DNA of 64,000 nucleotides from an uncultured Planctomycetaceae bacterium (GTDB taxonomy: Bacteria; Planctomycetota; Planctomycetia; Isosphaerales; Isosphaeraceae), in assembly GCA_963833985.1 (NCBI GenBank), contig CAWIAD010000002.1:2528001-2592000 (forward strand). Direction: 5' to 3'. Shown here in pieces: positions 32,437-43,592 of this stretch. The notes beneath the pieces are model-generated. The model saw only the letters and a program-made list of their open reading frames with translations, was not told the DNA's origin and searched no databases. The position numbers and the translations under genes were made by a program. How positions within the stretch are numbered: the first letter of the stretch is position 1; each line of letters opens with the position of its first letter.

Positions 32437-35251
32437 TCAGCGGCGCGTCGACTGGGCCAGGCTCGCGCCTCCATGTGCTTTCTCGAGCGCCCTGGAGAGG
32501 AAGTCCGCGAACACTTCGGGTGCGTTGTAGCCGCCCATCGCCGAGACCAGCTTGCCATCGGGCGAGAGCACCACGTAGAACGGGTTCGTCGCTTCCTGCG
32601 TGAGGTCGAGCTGGAGGTTCTGGTTCTTCGTGGCCAGTTCCCTGCGCTGGGCCGAGCTGAGCGTGCCGATCTCCACGAAGTCGGTGTAAAGCTGAATGGT
32701 GACGAACTGGGAAAGGAGCTTGACCACTTCGGGCCTGGGCAGCACGCGATACTCCATGAGCCGGCAATTGGAGCAGTTCACGCCGGTGAAGTCGATCAGG
32801 ATGGGCTTCTTCTGCTCGGCCGCCAGCTCCCTGGCCTGCTCGAAGCTGAGGCCCCAGACGACCCCGTGCACCTTCTTCTCTTCCCGCTCCGCGACTGCCG
32901 GATCGGTTGACGTGGCCTTGACCGCGACGGGACCGGCGGCCTGCGTGGCGCTGCCGCTCGAGCCCGCGACGACCGTCTGGGCCGGTGCGCTGAACTCCGC
33001 GGCGTCCGGCGGCAGGATGCCCACGATCACGCGGTCCCAGAGAAGGCCTTGCGGGGGCCTGCTGAACAGCGCAGGGGCCATGTAGAGCGCCAGTCCCAGG
33101 AAGAGCGTGCCGAAGACCATCCGGCCGGGTCCCACCTTCGCCACGTCATGATCGTGGTCCGTGCGGAAGAAGCCCAGCAGGTAGAACCCGCAGACCGCCG
33201 ACAGCACGACCCAGGCGGTCACGACGACCTGGGCGTCGCACCAGGCGTTCTCGGCGGTCACGAAGCCCAGCTCGGCGGTGTTGAGAAACTTCAGGGCCGC
33301 GCCGATCTCGACCAGCCCGCCCACGACCTTCACCGCGTTCATCCAGTCACCGCTGCGCGGCAGGCTTGCCAGCAGTCCCGGGCTCAGCGCCAGCAGCAAG
33401 AACGGCAAGGCCAGCACGGTGGAGAACGTGGCCAGGCCGAGGATCGGATAGAGGAAGTTGCCGTTCGCGGCCATGATCAGCAGTCCCCCCACCACGGGGA
33501 ACGTGCAGGTGAACGACGTGATGGTCAGGGTCAAAGCCATGAACACCACTCCAACAAGCCCGCCCCGGCTCTCACCGCGCGCCGAGGCATTGAGCAGGAA
33601 GTTCGGCAGGCGGATCTCGAAGAGCCCGAGCAGGCTCAGGCCGAAGGCGATGAAGAGCGCGGCGACGCCCAGGTTGAGCCACGGGTTGTTGGCCAGGTTT
33701 TGCAGGAATGAGGGCGAGAACGCGAAGGAGAAGAAGACGCCCACGGCGGTGAACACGGCGATGATCGCCAGGCAGTAGGTGATCGCCAGGCCGGTCGTGC
33801 TCGTCTTGCCCTTGCCGTCCTTGCCCCCCTGTCCCTGCTTGACGAAGAAGTTCACGGTGATGGGAACCATGGGCCAGACGCAGGGCATGAGCAGCGCGAA
33901 GAGCCCGCCCAGGGCCGATGCAAGGAGGAACGGCACGAGCCCCTCCTGCGCCTTCCGCGCGATCTCGCTCACCGGCGGTGCCGGCACGGGGGCAGGAGCG
34001 GGCGCGGGCACGGGTGCGGGCTCCGGCGCGGTCGCCGCGGTCGATGGGGTCCCAGCGCCGGGGCCGGTTGAGGAGCCGCCCGCGGGGGCTGCCGTGGCAG
34101 GCTGCCGCGCTGGAACGGGGGCCGCGGCCACCGGTGTTCGGGCGCTGGCCGGGGCCGGCGGTGCCGCGGAACCAGAAGCTGGCGGCAGGATGTTCAGGCT
34201 GACGTCGGCCAGTGTCCAGCGGCCCGGCGGGAAGCACGACTGGTTGGTGCAAACCTGGTACCCGGCCTGGCAGCGCAGCGTCCGCCGCCCAGGCGCTGCG
34301 TCCGGGGGTATGGTCAGCGTGGTGCTCCAGGCGACCTCGTTCTCGAAGTATTCGATGACCTGGTTGTCGAACGCCGGCTCGGGTTTCGCCTCGGGCGGAT
34401 GGTCGGGCTTCCATTCCCCCGAGACCTTGAGACCGGCGGGGTCGAAGAAGTCAAACGTCGTGGGAATCGGCCCCGGCTGGCTCTGGTTTTCCTTGCCCAC
34501 GGCGTAGATGTGCAGGCCGGGCTCGAGCCGTACGGCGATCTTGTACGTGACCGAATCGCCGGGCCGCGCCTCGGCCGGCTCGACCGACGGCGTCATGGTG
34601 ACGCCCTTCGACCGGATCCGCTCCGAGCTATCCTTCTGCGCGGGGGCCGGAGACTTGAGTGCGGTTTCCTGTGCCGGCTTCGGCGGCTCGGCCGCGGCAG
34701 CGGTGGAACCCAGGACGGTGAGCGTGGCTTCGGGCAGCGTCCACCGGCCAGGAAAGCTGCAACTCTGGGCATTGCAGATCTGGTAGCTGGCCTGGCAACG
34801 GATCACCTTCTTGCCCGGGGCGATGCCGGCGGGGACCTTGAGCGGAATACTCCAGGTGACCTGATCCTCGAAGTACTCGAAGACCTGGTTCTCGAAGGCT
34901 GGTTCGGCCCTGGATTCCGGCTTGCGGTCCGCCTTCCAGCCGCCCGCGACCTCCAGCCCGCCGGTGTCGAAGAGGTCGAAGACCGTCTTCCGTGGGCCGT
35001 CCCCTTCCTGGGTCTTCGCCTGTGTGTAGACGTGCCATCCGGGATGGAGCCTGGCCGTGATCTTGAGCGTGACCGTGTCGCCCGGACGTGCCTCGGCCGG
35101 CACGATCGAAGTCGTCAACTCCACGTCCTTGGGCCGGGCGCGCGTCGGGCTGTCCTTCTGGGCCGGCCGGGGAGGCTCGTCCCCCGCGCGGTGGCAGGAC
35201 CGCCCAACCAACCGCAGACCAGCACCAGGCAAGCCACCACGTGACCGACAT
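32437..35251 (-). CDS. DsbD-like disulfide reductase with two N-terminal domains (apparent frameshift near the signal peptide, ~35190)
   Basis: Two domains with QICNAQSC and QVCTNQSC; TM PCVWP and FTCTFP; thioredoxin FTGVNCSNC. Confidence 0.85.
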
Positions 35252-35518
35252 GGAAACGACTGCCGTGTGGACGGAGAGCCATGGCGAGGATCCTCAGAAA
35301 ACCGGGCGGCGACCCGCGACCGTGGGAGCGGCTTGACCTAGCTCATGTTAAGGCGTTCCTGCCGCGGGGACAAGGCAAGCAGCCGCGCGGCCATGCCTCG
35401 GTGTGCGCCATTCCATGAATCGTCGGCGACCTGAAGACGGCTCGTGGTACTGGATTCCAATCTTGTCGCTTCAATCATGATCGATGTACTTCTGTACTGC
35501 GCAGTGCACCGGTTCGCA

Positions 35519-35547
35519 TTGACCGGTGGCCGGAAGTTGCCTACCAT
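35519..35547 (+). promoter_or_regulatory. Sigma70-type promoter
   Basis: TTGACC-17-TACCAT upstream of 35666. Confidence 0.5.
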
Positions 35548-35665
35548 GCCCGCCCGCTCCGGCTGGTTCACACCCTGCGCCTCTCACACCTGTGCCTGCG
35601 ACCGCACGGAGCCCGACCATCTGCGTCAGAGCCGGTTGTTTTTCTCGTCCGCGAGACACGATCCG

Positions 35666-36322
35666 ATGCGCAAGCTGCCGTTGGCCCTGATGTTCCTGAC
35701 GAGCGCGGGAGTGGCGAGCTGGCTGGTCCTGCTGGATCGTCAGAACCGGCTGCACTGGGACCACTGGGATGTGGTCAAGCCGGGAGTCCTCTACCGCAGT
35801 GGCCAGCTCACGAGCGCCCAGCTCACCGAGGCCGTCAAGCGCTACGGTCTGCGTACCGTGGTGAACTTTCAATTGCCCGGTAAGGAGATGGAGACCGAGC
35901 GCGCCCTGGCCGCCAGCCTGGGCATCGGCTTCGTGAATCTGCCGATGCCTGGCGACGGACTCGGCGAGGAGACCCAGTTCCGCAAGGTGCTCGAGATCCT
36001 CGACGATCCCGAGCGGCAGCCGGTGCTGGTGCACTGCGCCCGGGGAACGTGCCGCACCGGCTCGGCCGTGGCTCTGTACCGCTACGAGCGCGACGGCTGG
36101 ACCATTCAGGACGTGGCGGCGGAGCTGCGGCGCCAGACCTATCGCGACGGTCACATCGCGGGATACATCTACGCGATGGCCAGGACCAAGCCGTCGCTGG
36201 CACTGCATCATCCGGTGACCATCGAGGACCGCAACGACGTGCGCCCGCGGACGGCGGCGGGACCGCCCCCCGAGGTACCCGCCGGCAACGGCAGGGGGAA
36301 GGAAGTGGCCGATGCACCATGA
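35666..36322 (+). CDS. Membrane-anchored tyrosine/dual-specificity phosphatase
   Basis: LYRSGQ, CX5R motif VHCARGTCRTG, N-terminal TM. Confidence 0.88.
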   Translation: MRKLPLALMFLTSAGVASWLVLLDRQNRLHWDHWDVVKPGVLYRSGQLTSAQLTEAVKRYGLRTVVNFQLPGKEMETERALAASLGIGFVNLPMPGDGLGEETQFRKVLEILDDPERQPVLVHCARGTCRTGSAVALYRYERDGWTIQDVAAELRRQTYRDGHIAGYIYAMARTKPSLALHHPVTIEDRNDVRPRTAAGPPPEVPAGNGRGKEVADAP

Positions 36323-37961
36323 TCTGGCAAGGGCAGGGCTCCTCCGGAGGCGGCGGGTCTTCCGCGTGGACGGGGGACGCATACGCATCGGGGCGTCGCG
36401 CATCGAGACGCTGGCGGCTCCGCTGCTGCTGGCGATGGCCGCTGGATTCGTGCTGCTTGGCGGGGCAAGTCTGGACCTGGGTCAGACGGATGCTCGGCTG
36501 GGAATCGCCGCGGGCGAGCCGCTGGGGCCGCTGGGCCAGGTGTTCGGCTCGTGGGCACCGGATCTCTGGCCGGCGCGGGTGCTTGCCGGCCAGGTCGCCA
36601 CGTTCCTGGAGGGAGGCAGGCATCCGGGGCCCGGCTCGGTGCTCTGGCCCGCCGCCCTGGCCGCGGCCGCCATCGGCTGGACGATCTCCCGCCGCCTCAT
36701 GGCGGTCTCCGGACCCCGGGCCGGCCTGGCCTTTGGCCTTTGCTGGTTTGGCTGCCTGGGCGCCATCGATCATTCCGGAAGCGCGGGCCTGGAGTTCGTC
36801 TCCGGCCTCGCAATCGTCGCGGCCGTCGATCGCTTGCTGGCACACGGTGCCGACTGGAAGACCGGGACCTGGACGGCCCTTGCGTTCTGCTGTGGAGGCT
36901 GGTCGCCCGTCGTCCTGATCCTGCTCATCGTGCTGGTGATCGGCCGGCGCGAGTCGAGCTTTTCGGCGCGATTGCTGGTTCCCCCGCTGGCCACGGCGGT
37001 CGTCTGGTCGATCTGGGCCTTCCGCTCGGCCTCGGCCGAAGCGTGGGCGGCCGCGCTTGTCTTCCCGCTCACCCAGCGCCCAGACTGGTGGCTGGGACTG
37101 AAGGTGCTGGGCCTGGGTCTGCCCTTCTCGCTGCTGGCCGCCATGTCCTTTTGCCGCGAGGTCCGCGATCATTCCGGCGCGGACGCACGGCGGATGACTG
37201 TCGGGTGGCTGCAAGCGGCACTCGCCTGCACGATTGCCGGCACGGTCGTCCCCGGTCTGTCCCAGGCGGCGCGCGTCCCGGCGCTGGCGGGCGTTCTGGT
37301 GCTTTCCTGTACGGTGCTGGAGGCCGCATGGGCGGGCGCTCAGACCAGGGCGGTCCGCCGCGGGTTCCTGGGCCTGTGCTTCGCCCTGGCCGCCCTCTGG
37401 CTCGTTCCCCTGCTCTATGGCAGCTACCTGTGGCTGGTGGTCTTCCCCTATTACCGTCCCGTCGGCATCGCGGTCGTGCTCGTGAGCCTGCCGGCGCTCG
37501 TTCTCTGCTGGAGTGCCATGGACACAGGCCGCACGCGCCGGGGTGCGGTCGTGCTTGTGCTTTTGACCGTCGCCCTCAAGCTGGCACACTGGGGCTACTA
37601 TGTTCCGGAACTGAACTACCGCTCCGGGCAGGGGCCCTGGGGCCGGGCCATCGGCCAGTGGCTGCTGCCTCAGTGGACGCTCTACACCTTCCATGACTGG
37701 CCGGAGGACCTGGCCTTCGCCACCGGACGGCGGATGCGCCAGCTTCGCAGCCCCCGGCATCTGGCTTTTGAGGAGCCAGGCCACGCCAAGCACGTCTTGC
37801 TGCTCGCCTCCGAGTACGAGCACTGGCCCGAGGATGCCCCCGCCGTGAGCGTGGTCGCCACGTTTCAGGACCAGGACGGCGCCCGGCGCGTGGTCGCTCG
37901 CACCGCAGGAGTGCTGGTGACACCCACCGGCGCGCTGCCCGAAATCGATGCCGATCGCTAG
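36312..37961 (+). CDS. Polytopic membrane protein, possibly GT-C (ArnT-like)
   Basis: About 12 hydrophobic segments plus a soluble C-terminal domain; overlaps the phosphatase. Confidence 0.6.
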   Translation: MHHDLARAGLLRRRRVFRVDGGRIRIGASRIETLAAPLLLAMAAGFVLLGGASLDLGQTDARLGIAAGEPLGPLGQVFGSWAPDLWPARVLAGQVATFLEGGRHPGPGSVLWPAALAAAAIGWTISRRLMAVSGPRAGLAFGLCWFGCLGAIDHSGSAGLEFVSGLAIVAAVDRLLAHGADWKTGTWTALAFCCGGWSPVVLILLIVLVIGRRESSFSARLLVPPLATAVVWSIWAFRSASAEAWAAALVFPLTQRPDWWLGLKVLGLGLPFSLLAAMSFCREVRDHSGADARRMTVGWLQAALACTIAGTVVPGLSQAARVPALAGVLVLSCTVLEAAWAGAQTRAVRRGFLGLCFALAALWLVPLLYGSYLWLVVFPYYRPVGIAVVLVSLPALVLCWSAMDTGRTRRGAVVLVLLTVALKLAHWGYYVPELNYRSGQGPWGRAIGQWLLPQWTLYTFHDWPEDLAFATGRRMRQLRSPRHLAFEEPGHAKHVLLLASEYEHWPEDAPAVSVVATFQDQDGARRVVARTAGVLVTPTGALPEIDADR

Positions 37962-38213
37962 ACTGCATGCGCCTGGCCGAGGCCGCGTCTGCGCCGGTTC
38001 TGTCAAACCTGGAGCGCATGCATGCCTGCGGAATATCGACCGAGGTGGTCACCAGGGCTCGCTTCCATCGTATGTTTCGTGGAGAATTTACGCAAGAACG
38101 ACGGTCAGGCCAACGAATCGTTCTGGGGCATCCAGACCAGAGACGGAACCGCCGGGGAAGCGAGGCTCGGCTAGAGCATACACGCAACTACTGCCTCGGG
38201 AGGTTTCCTGACG

Positions 38214-39116
38214 ATGCTAGCCAGGTTGAAGGAAATGTTCGCGGCCGGCCCCTCGGCGCCGGGAGACGCTCCGCGCAGCCGGGTGGACGTGCAGCGTCGT
38301 TTCACCATCCTCGCCGATGCATCCAGCCAAGGAAGCATGTCGCGCGTCTACAAGGCCTTCGACCGGGAAACCGGGCGCACGATCTGCCTCAAGGTGCAGC
38401 ACCGCGAGAAGAACGCCGCGGCAGCCGCGCGGGCCTCACGCGAGGAGAGCCGGCCCCCGGAAGGTGCCATTGCCATTGCGGTCGTACACCCCCATGTGGT
38501 TCGCACCCTCGAATACGGATCCACGAGCGGGGGCGAACAGTACCTGGTCATGGACTACATTGACGGCCACAGCTTCCAGTACCTGCGCGACCTCAAGCTC
38601 GGCCGGACCGCGCAGAAGGTCGAGTGGCTGGCGCAGGCGGCCGAGGGCCTGGCCGCGGTTCATGCCGCGGGGTTCATCCACCACGACGTGAATCCGCGCA
38701 ACTTCCTGCTGAACCGCGAGCACCAGGTCAAGCTCATCGATTTCGGACTTGCCGTCCCCAACACGGCGGCATTCCGGGGGCCCGGAAACCGCACCGGAAC
38801 CCTCCAGTACATGGCCCCCGAGCTGATTCGCCGCGAACCGATCGACGAGCGTATCGATATCTTCAGCTTCGGCGTTCTGGCCTTCGAGCTGCTCACCGAC
38901 CGGCTCCCCTACGTGGCCACCAACTCCACGGCCACGATGATCCAGCGCATCAACGCCGAACCGCTCGAGGCCGCCCAGGTGAAGCCCAAGCTTTCCGACG
39001 AGCTCAGCAACCTGCTCCGCAAGCTGACGGCGCGGAAGCTCGATGATCGCTGGCCTGCCATGGCCACCGTGGCCGAGGCGCTCCGCTCGGTTCCCCCGAA
39101 ACGGCCCAAAGCCTGA
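38214..39116 (+). CDS. Hanks-type Ser/Thr kinase, catalytic domain only
   Basis: ICLK, HPHVV, HHDVNPRN, DFG, YMAPE, DIFSFG; GGAGG RBS. Confidence 0.9.
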   Translation: MLARLKEMFAAGPSAPGDAPRSRVDVQRRFTILADASSQGSMSRVYKAFDRETGRTICLKVQHREKNAAAAARASREESRPPEGAIAIAVVHPHVVRTLEYGSTSGGEQYLVMDYIDGHSFQYLRDLKLGRTAQKVEWLAQAAEGLAAVHAAGFIHHDVNPRNFLLNREHQVKLIDFGLAVPNTAAFRGPGNRTGTLQYMAPELIRREPIDERIDIFSFGVLAFELLTDRLPYVATNSTATMIQRINAEPLEAAQVKPKLSDELSNLLRKLTARKLDDRWPAMATVAEALRSVPPKRPKA

Positions 39117-39165
39117 ACCGGCGGGCGCGGTGCAACGCCCGGCTTCGGCTCGTCTCGCGTCCTCT

Positions 39166-40057
39166 TCACAGGGCCCGCCGGACCGCGTGGATGACCCTCG
39201 GGTGCTTGTGCAGGTCGTGGATCGTCGGCGCGACGCGAAATCGCGCCCTGCGCCTCCAGCAGGGAGCGGACGGGCTGCTCCTGGGCCGTGCCGATCTCCA
39301 GGATCAGGTGCCCCTCGGGCCGCAGCGCCGAGGCGGACTGCTCGATGAGCCGGGCGACCACGCGCAGACCATCGCCCCCTCCGTCGAGCGCTCCGTGCGG
39401 TTCGTGCTCGCGCACGCCGGCCTCCAGCGTCGGGATCACCGTGGTCGGGATATAAGGCGGGTTGGAAACAATGATGTCGAACGCTGGCTCGCCGGCGGCC
39501 GGCTCCAGCAGGTCCCCCAGGCGGAAGTCGATGCGATCCGCCACGCCGTGCCGCACCGCGTTCTTGCGGGCCAGCGCCAGCGCGGACGGGGAACAATCCG
39601 TCGCCACGAAACGGGCCGAAGGATGCTGGTGTGTGCAGGCGATGGCCAGGCACCCCGAGCCTGTTCCCACGTCGGCGGCCCGCGGCTGTTCCATCGCCCG
39701 GGCCAGCTCGAGGAACTCGACGACCACGAACTCGGTCTCGGGACGCGGGATGAGGACGGCGGGCGAGACTTCCAGGGTCAGCGAATAGAATTCCTTGCGC
39801 CCCACGAGGTACGCCACGGGTGCTCCCCCGGCGCGGCAGCGCACCAGCTCGCGGTAGGCCCCGCGTGCCTGCTCGCCCGTTTCCTCGTCGTAATGCGTAT
39901 AGAGCTGTACCCGCTGCCACTCGAGCACGTGCGCCAGCAGAACCTCGGCGTCCAGCCGCGGGCTCTCCGACCCGCGCTTGCGCAGGTAGTCGGTGGTCCA
40001 GGCGAGAAGCCGTCCGATCGTCCAGGGTTCCGTTGCAATCTTCTCGTCGCCGGACAC
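39166..40057 (-). CDS. prmC: Release factor glutamine methyltransferase (apparent frameshift ~39240)
   Basis: LIPRPETE, DVGTGSG, SNPPY; follows prfA. Confidence 0.9.
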
Positions 40058-40083
40058 GGAATCCTCCCGATGTCCCACACAGG

Positions 40084-41151
40084 TCACGTGTCGCCAAGCT
40101 GCTCGCGGCGGTCGTGGTCGACGAGCGCCCTGGTCAATGACAGCAGATCGCCCTGGATCACCTGGTCCAGGTTGTAGAGCGTCAGGCCGATGCGATGGTC
40201 GGTGACCCGGTTCTGGGGAAAGTTGTACGTGCGAATGCGCTGGGAGCGATCTCCCGAGCCGATCAAGGTGCGCCGGGCGTGGTCGCGCTGGGACCGCGCT
40301 TTTTCCTGGATCTGGTCGTAGAGCCGGCTGCGGAGGATGCGCATGGCCTTGGTCTTGTTCTTGTGCTGGCTGCGCTCGTCGCGGCAATTGACCACCAGGC
40401 CGCTCGGCAGATGGGTGATGCGCACGCCGCTCTCGGTCTTGTTCTGGTGCTGGCCGCCCGGTCCTCCGGAACGCATCACGTCGATCTGCAAGTCCTCGGT
40501 ACGGATGTCGATCTCGACGTCCTCGGGTTCGGGCAATACGGCCACCGTGGCGGCCGAGGTGTGGATCCTCCCCTGGGTCTCGGTTTGCGGCACGCGCTGC
40601 ACGCGGTGTCCCCCGCTCTCGAACTGGAGATGCCGGAAGACGCTTTCACCGGCAAGGCTGAATGACACCTCGCGAAAGCCGCCCAGCTCGGTCGGCTCCA
40701 TGTCCATGACCTCGAACTTCCAGCCCATGGTGTCGGAGAAGCGGCGGTACATCTCGTAGAGATCTCGTGCGAAGAGCGCAGCCTCGTCGCCGCCGGTACC
40801 GGCACGGATCTCCATGATCAAGGCCGCGTGGTCCGCGCCCGCTTCGCGATCATAGATCAGGTCCCGCAGCGCCTCGCCTTCGGCCGCGTGCCGCTGCCGC
40901 AAGCTTTCCAGCTCGGCCTCCGCGTACGACCGCATTTCCGGGTCTGTCTCGGTTGCGGAAAGTCCCTCCGCCTCGCTGACTTGCCTTCCGAGCTCAAGGT
41001 AGCGCCCGTAGGCCACGGCGGCCTTGGCAAGCTTGCCTCGCTCCTTGGCCAGGGCCGTGACGCGCGCCACGTCGGCCGTGACCTCGGAATCAAGCAACAG
41101 GCGCTCGATCTCGAGGAACCTCTGGTAATCGGCCTGGAGCTTCTCGAACAC
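40084..41151 (-). CDS. prfA: Peptide chain release factor 1
   Basis: [13 protein letters not shown] (PxT), GGQ, RTYNFPQ. Confidence 0.95.
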   Translation of the reverse strand: MFEKLQADYQRFLEIERLLLDSEVTADVARVTALAKERGKLAKAAVAYGRYLELGRQVSEAEGLSATETDPEMRSYAEAELESLRQRHAAEGEALRDLIYDREAGADHAALIMEIRAGTGGDEAALFARDLYEMYRRFSDTMGWKFEVMDMEPTELGGFREVSFSLAGESVFRHLQFESGGHRVQRVPQTETQGRIHTSAATVAVLPEPEDVEIDIRTEDLQIDVMRSGGPGGQHQNKTESGVRITHLPSGLVVNCRDERSQHKNKTKAMRILRSRLYDQIQEKARSQRDHARRTLIGSGDRSQRIRTYNFPQNRVTDHRIGLTLYNLDQVIQGDLLSLTRALVDHDRREQLGDT

Positions 41152-41288
41152 GTGAACGCAAGTCCTGTGACGTCGATTCAGAACCGGCCAGCACACTGAC
41201 GGCGCACGGCAAAACCGAGACGGCCCGCCCAGCCGCGTCCTCTCGAACGCGGTGCCGGGCGGGCCGTCTCAGGCTCTGGCAAGCGGCT

Positions 41289-41531
41289 CTAGGCCTTTGT
41301 GGCCTCGGCCTTCTCTTTCTTGGCCTTGCCGTAGGTGCCCATGAACTTCTTGTTGAACTTGTCAACCCGTCCGGCGGCGTCCACGAACTTTACCGAACCG
41401 GTGAAGAACGGATGACACTTGGAGCAAACCTCGACCATGATCTTCGCCTTGGTGCTGCGCGTATTGAAGGTGTTCCCACAACCGCAGGTCACCACGCAAT
41501 CGACATATTTGGGATGGATGCCGTCTTTCAT
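41289..41531 (-). CDS. rpmE: 50S ribosomal protein L31 (Zn-binding type)
   Basis: [23 protein letters not shown]. Confidence 0.96.
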   Translation of the reverse strand: MKDGIHPKYVDCVVTCGCGNTFNTRSTKAKIMVEVCSKCHPFFTGSVKFVDAAGRVDKFNKKFMGTYGKAKKEKAEATKA

Positions 41532-41659
41532 ATCAATCCGTCTGGGTTTGGAAGGATCGGACGCATCACCTGCCATGTTCACTACGATGGAGGCCGGAGG
41601 CAGGTTCAACTTCAGAACGATTCATACTATCAGGCAGGTACCTGCCTTCCCAAGAGCAA

Positions 41660-42232
41660 TTATTGTTTCGCACCGGGCGCCTTGGCCCCGTCAAACAACG
41701 CGATCAGCTCTTTTTCCACCTCGTCATAGGTGAACTGGTTATTCGGATCATCCATTGTGAACCGTTTCACTTCCTTGCCGTCAGCACCGAAGATGAAGAC
41801 GGCCGGGATGGTGTTGATGTTCAGCCGGTCAAAGCCGTCACCATAGGTCTCGTCGAGCAGAACGTTGGTGAAGACCGCCTTTTTCTGACGCAGGAATTTC
41901 TCGGCCTCGGCCACCGCCTTGGCGTCGGTAGGGTCGTCCAGGGTCAGCGAGATCACCGCAAGGCCCTTTGCCGCGTACTTCCGGTGCATCTCGATGAGGT
42001 GCGGGAAATTCTCCTTGCACGGCCCACACGTCGTGGCCCAGGCGTCGACCAGAGTGTATTTCGCCCGCCCGCCCGCGGCCAGCCGCTCCTTGAATTGAGC
42101 CCATTTCAGGGTCTCCAGCTTCACGTTTCCGCTCGAAGCCAGATCTTCGGCCGCGAGACGGCCAGCAAGACCGCCGAGCACAATCTGCGCGGTCAGCAAG
42201 CAGGGCGCGAGCAAGACGGCGATCAACCGCAT
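41660..42232 (-). CDS. TlpA-family disulfide reductase
   Basis: Signal peptide; WATTCGPC; cis-Pro TIP. Confidence 0.88.
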   Translation of the reverse strand: MRLIAVLLAPCLLTAQIVLGGLAGRLAAEDLASSGNVKLETLKWAQFKERLAAGGRAKYTLVDAWATTCGPCKENFPHLIEMHRKYAAKGLAVISLTLDDPTDAKAVAEAEKFLRQKKAVFTNVLLDETYGDGFDRLNINTIPAVFIFGADGKEVKRFTMDDPNNQFTYDEVEKELIALFDGAKAPGAKQ

Positions 42233-42389
42233 GGCAATTCTCCTGGCGGGATCCTCAGTGAGCAAGGTCGATGGAAGCGTTCCGCGGCGAAAGCAATGGG
42301 CGAGAAGAGCCGCCGGTGGCTTCCGGCGGCCCTTCCGAATTCACGTTGGCGGATCGAGTCGCGAAGCCGAGAGCTGCGCGAATTCGATC

Positions 42390-43007
42390 TCAGTTGCTCT
42401 TCTTGTATTGAATACCGCAACCGATGGCCTTGGTCTCGTCGACCGCGGGGGCCTTGCCGGCGAGGAGTGCATCCACCGCGTCGCGCAGATAATGCTTGGT
42501 GGCCTTCGCCTCGTCCATGACGTTGTTGTCCATCGCCCCCATGTAGCGGATCTTCCGCTCCTTGTCGAGGACGAAGAAGTTCGGCGTGGCCGTCGCACCG
42601 TAGGCGCGGCCAATCGCCTGGGTCTCATCGTATCCGTAAGTGTAATTGAGCTTCTTCTCCTTCGTCATCCGCTCCTTGATGCCCGGCAGACGGTCCTCGT
42701 CATGGCCCAGGTCGACGCAGACGCCCACGAGTTTGACCGGCTTGTCCTTGTAGTCGATCGCGAAATCGATGATCCGGTCATCGGCAGCCTGCACGGCAGG
42801 GCAGTGATTGGCCAGGAAGACCAGGACGACCACGTCTTCCTTCAGGTCGGAGAGCGAGAGACTGGTTTGCTCTCCATTGGGAGCGTAGGCGGGAATGCCC
42901 GAGAAAGTAGGGGCCTGGTCGCCGACCTTGACGGCCTTGTTGTAATGATCGGCGAAGGCGGGAACGCCCAGGGCAACAACCGCCAGGCTGAGAAGAATCT
43001 TCCGCAT
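42390..43007 (-). CDS. Exported redoxin/thioredoxin-fold protein
   Basis: VGDQAP, NHCP, YGATATP, Y.GAMD, IGCGI. Confidence 0.88.
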   Translation of the reverse strand: MRKILLSLAVVALGVPAFADHYNKAVKVGDQAPTFSGIPAYAPNGEQTSLSLSDLKEDVVVLVFLANHCPAVQAADDRIIDFAIDYKDKPVKLVGVCVDLGHDEDRLPGIKERMTKEKKLNYTYGYDETQAIGRAYGATATPNFFVLDKERKIRYMGAMDNNVMDEAKATKHYLRDAVDALLAGKAPAVDETKAIGCGIQYKKSN

Positions 43008-43251
43008 CGATGCTCACTCCATTCACAGGGGATGGGAACCACGTGAGCCGGTGACGGACCGACCCATACACCTCAACAGGACGAAACGCGAACGATTGCG
43101 TGCACCCCCGCAGGGACTGGCGCAGCCGCCACGGGAGAGTGGGCGGTCTCCGAAAGAAGCGATAAACCTGTCATTTTCGGACGCCAGAACTTGCTTCGTC
43201 GCGAAATTGAGGGAACTCCTCTTGATCGGATTCGAGTCCAGCTCAGGGTGG

Positions 43252-43279
43252 ATTATAAGCCGCACTCGGCGGGGGTCAA
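43252..43279 (-). promoter_or_regulatory. Sigma70-type promoter
   Basis: Minus strand TTGACC-16-TATAAT. Confidence 0.6.
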
Positions 43280-43592
43280 CAGCCGGGACAGCCGCCGAGC
43301 CCCGCTCAGGGTGCCGGGCCGCGTAATGCACGCAGGCTGGCGTGGATTGCGGCGGTAGCGTGATCGGCAGGTTCGCAATTGTTCTTTGACAGGCATTCAG
43401 CAGGTTGATGCGATCCTGGATGGCCGGGAGGCCGCTTGTCGTGGGACACGATTCCGCTCGTGTCACTTCATCGATCTGCTGGACCAGGAATGGCACGATG
43501 GGAATCGTACCCCATGAGGAGAGCGGTCAGGCAGGGCTCTCAGCCCCTGGCAAGCGAGCTGCAATCCTGTCCAAAGACTTCTCCGGATCTGC

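Noticed and set aside
35835..38006. Long antisense or alternate-frame ORFs (also 2119-3762, 23424-24923, 53393-55108, 60642-62165)
   Set aside because: Shadows of real genes in high-GC DNA with no recognisable motifs
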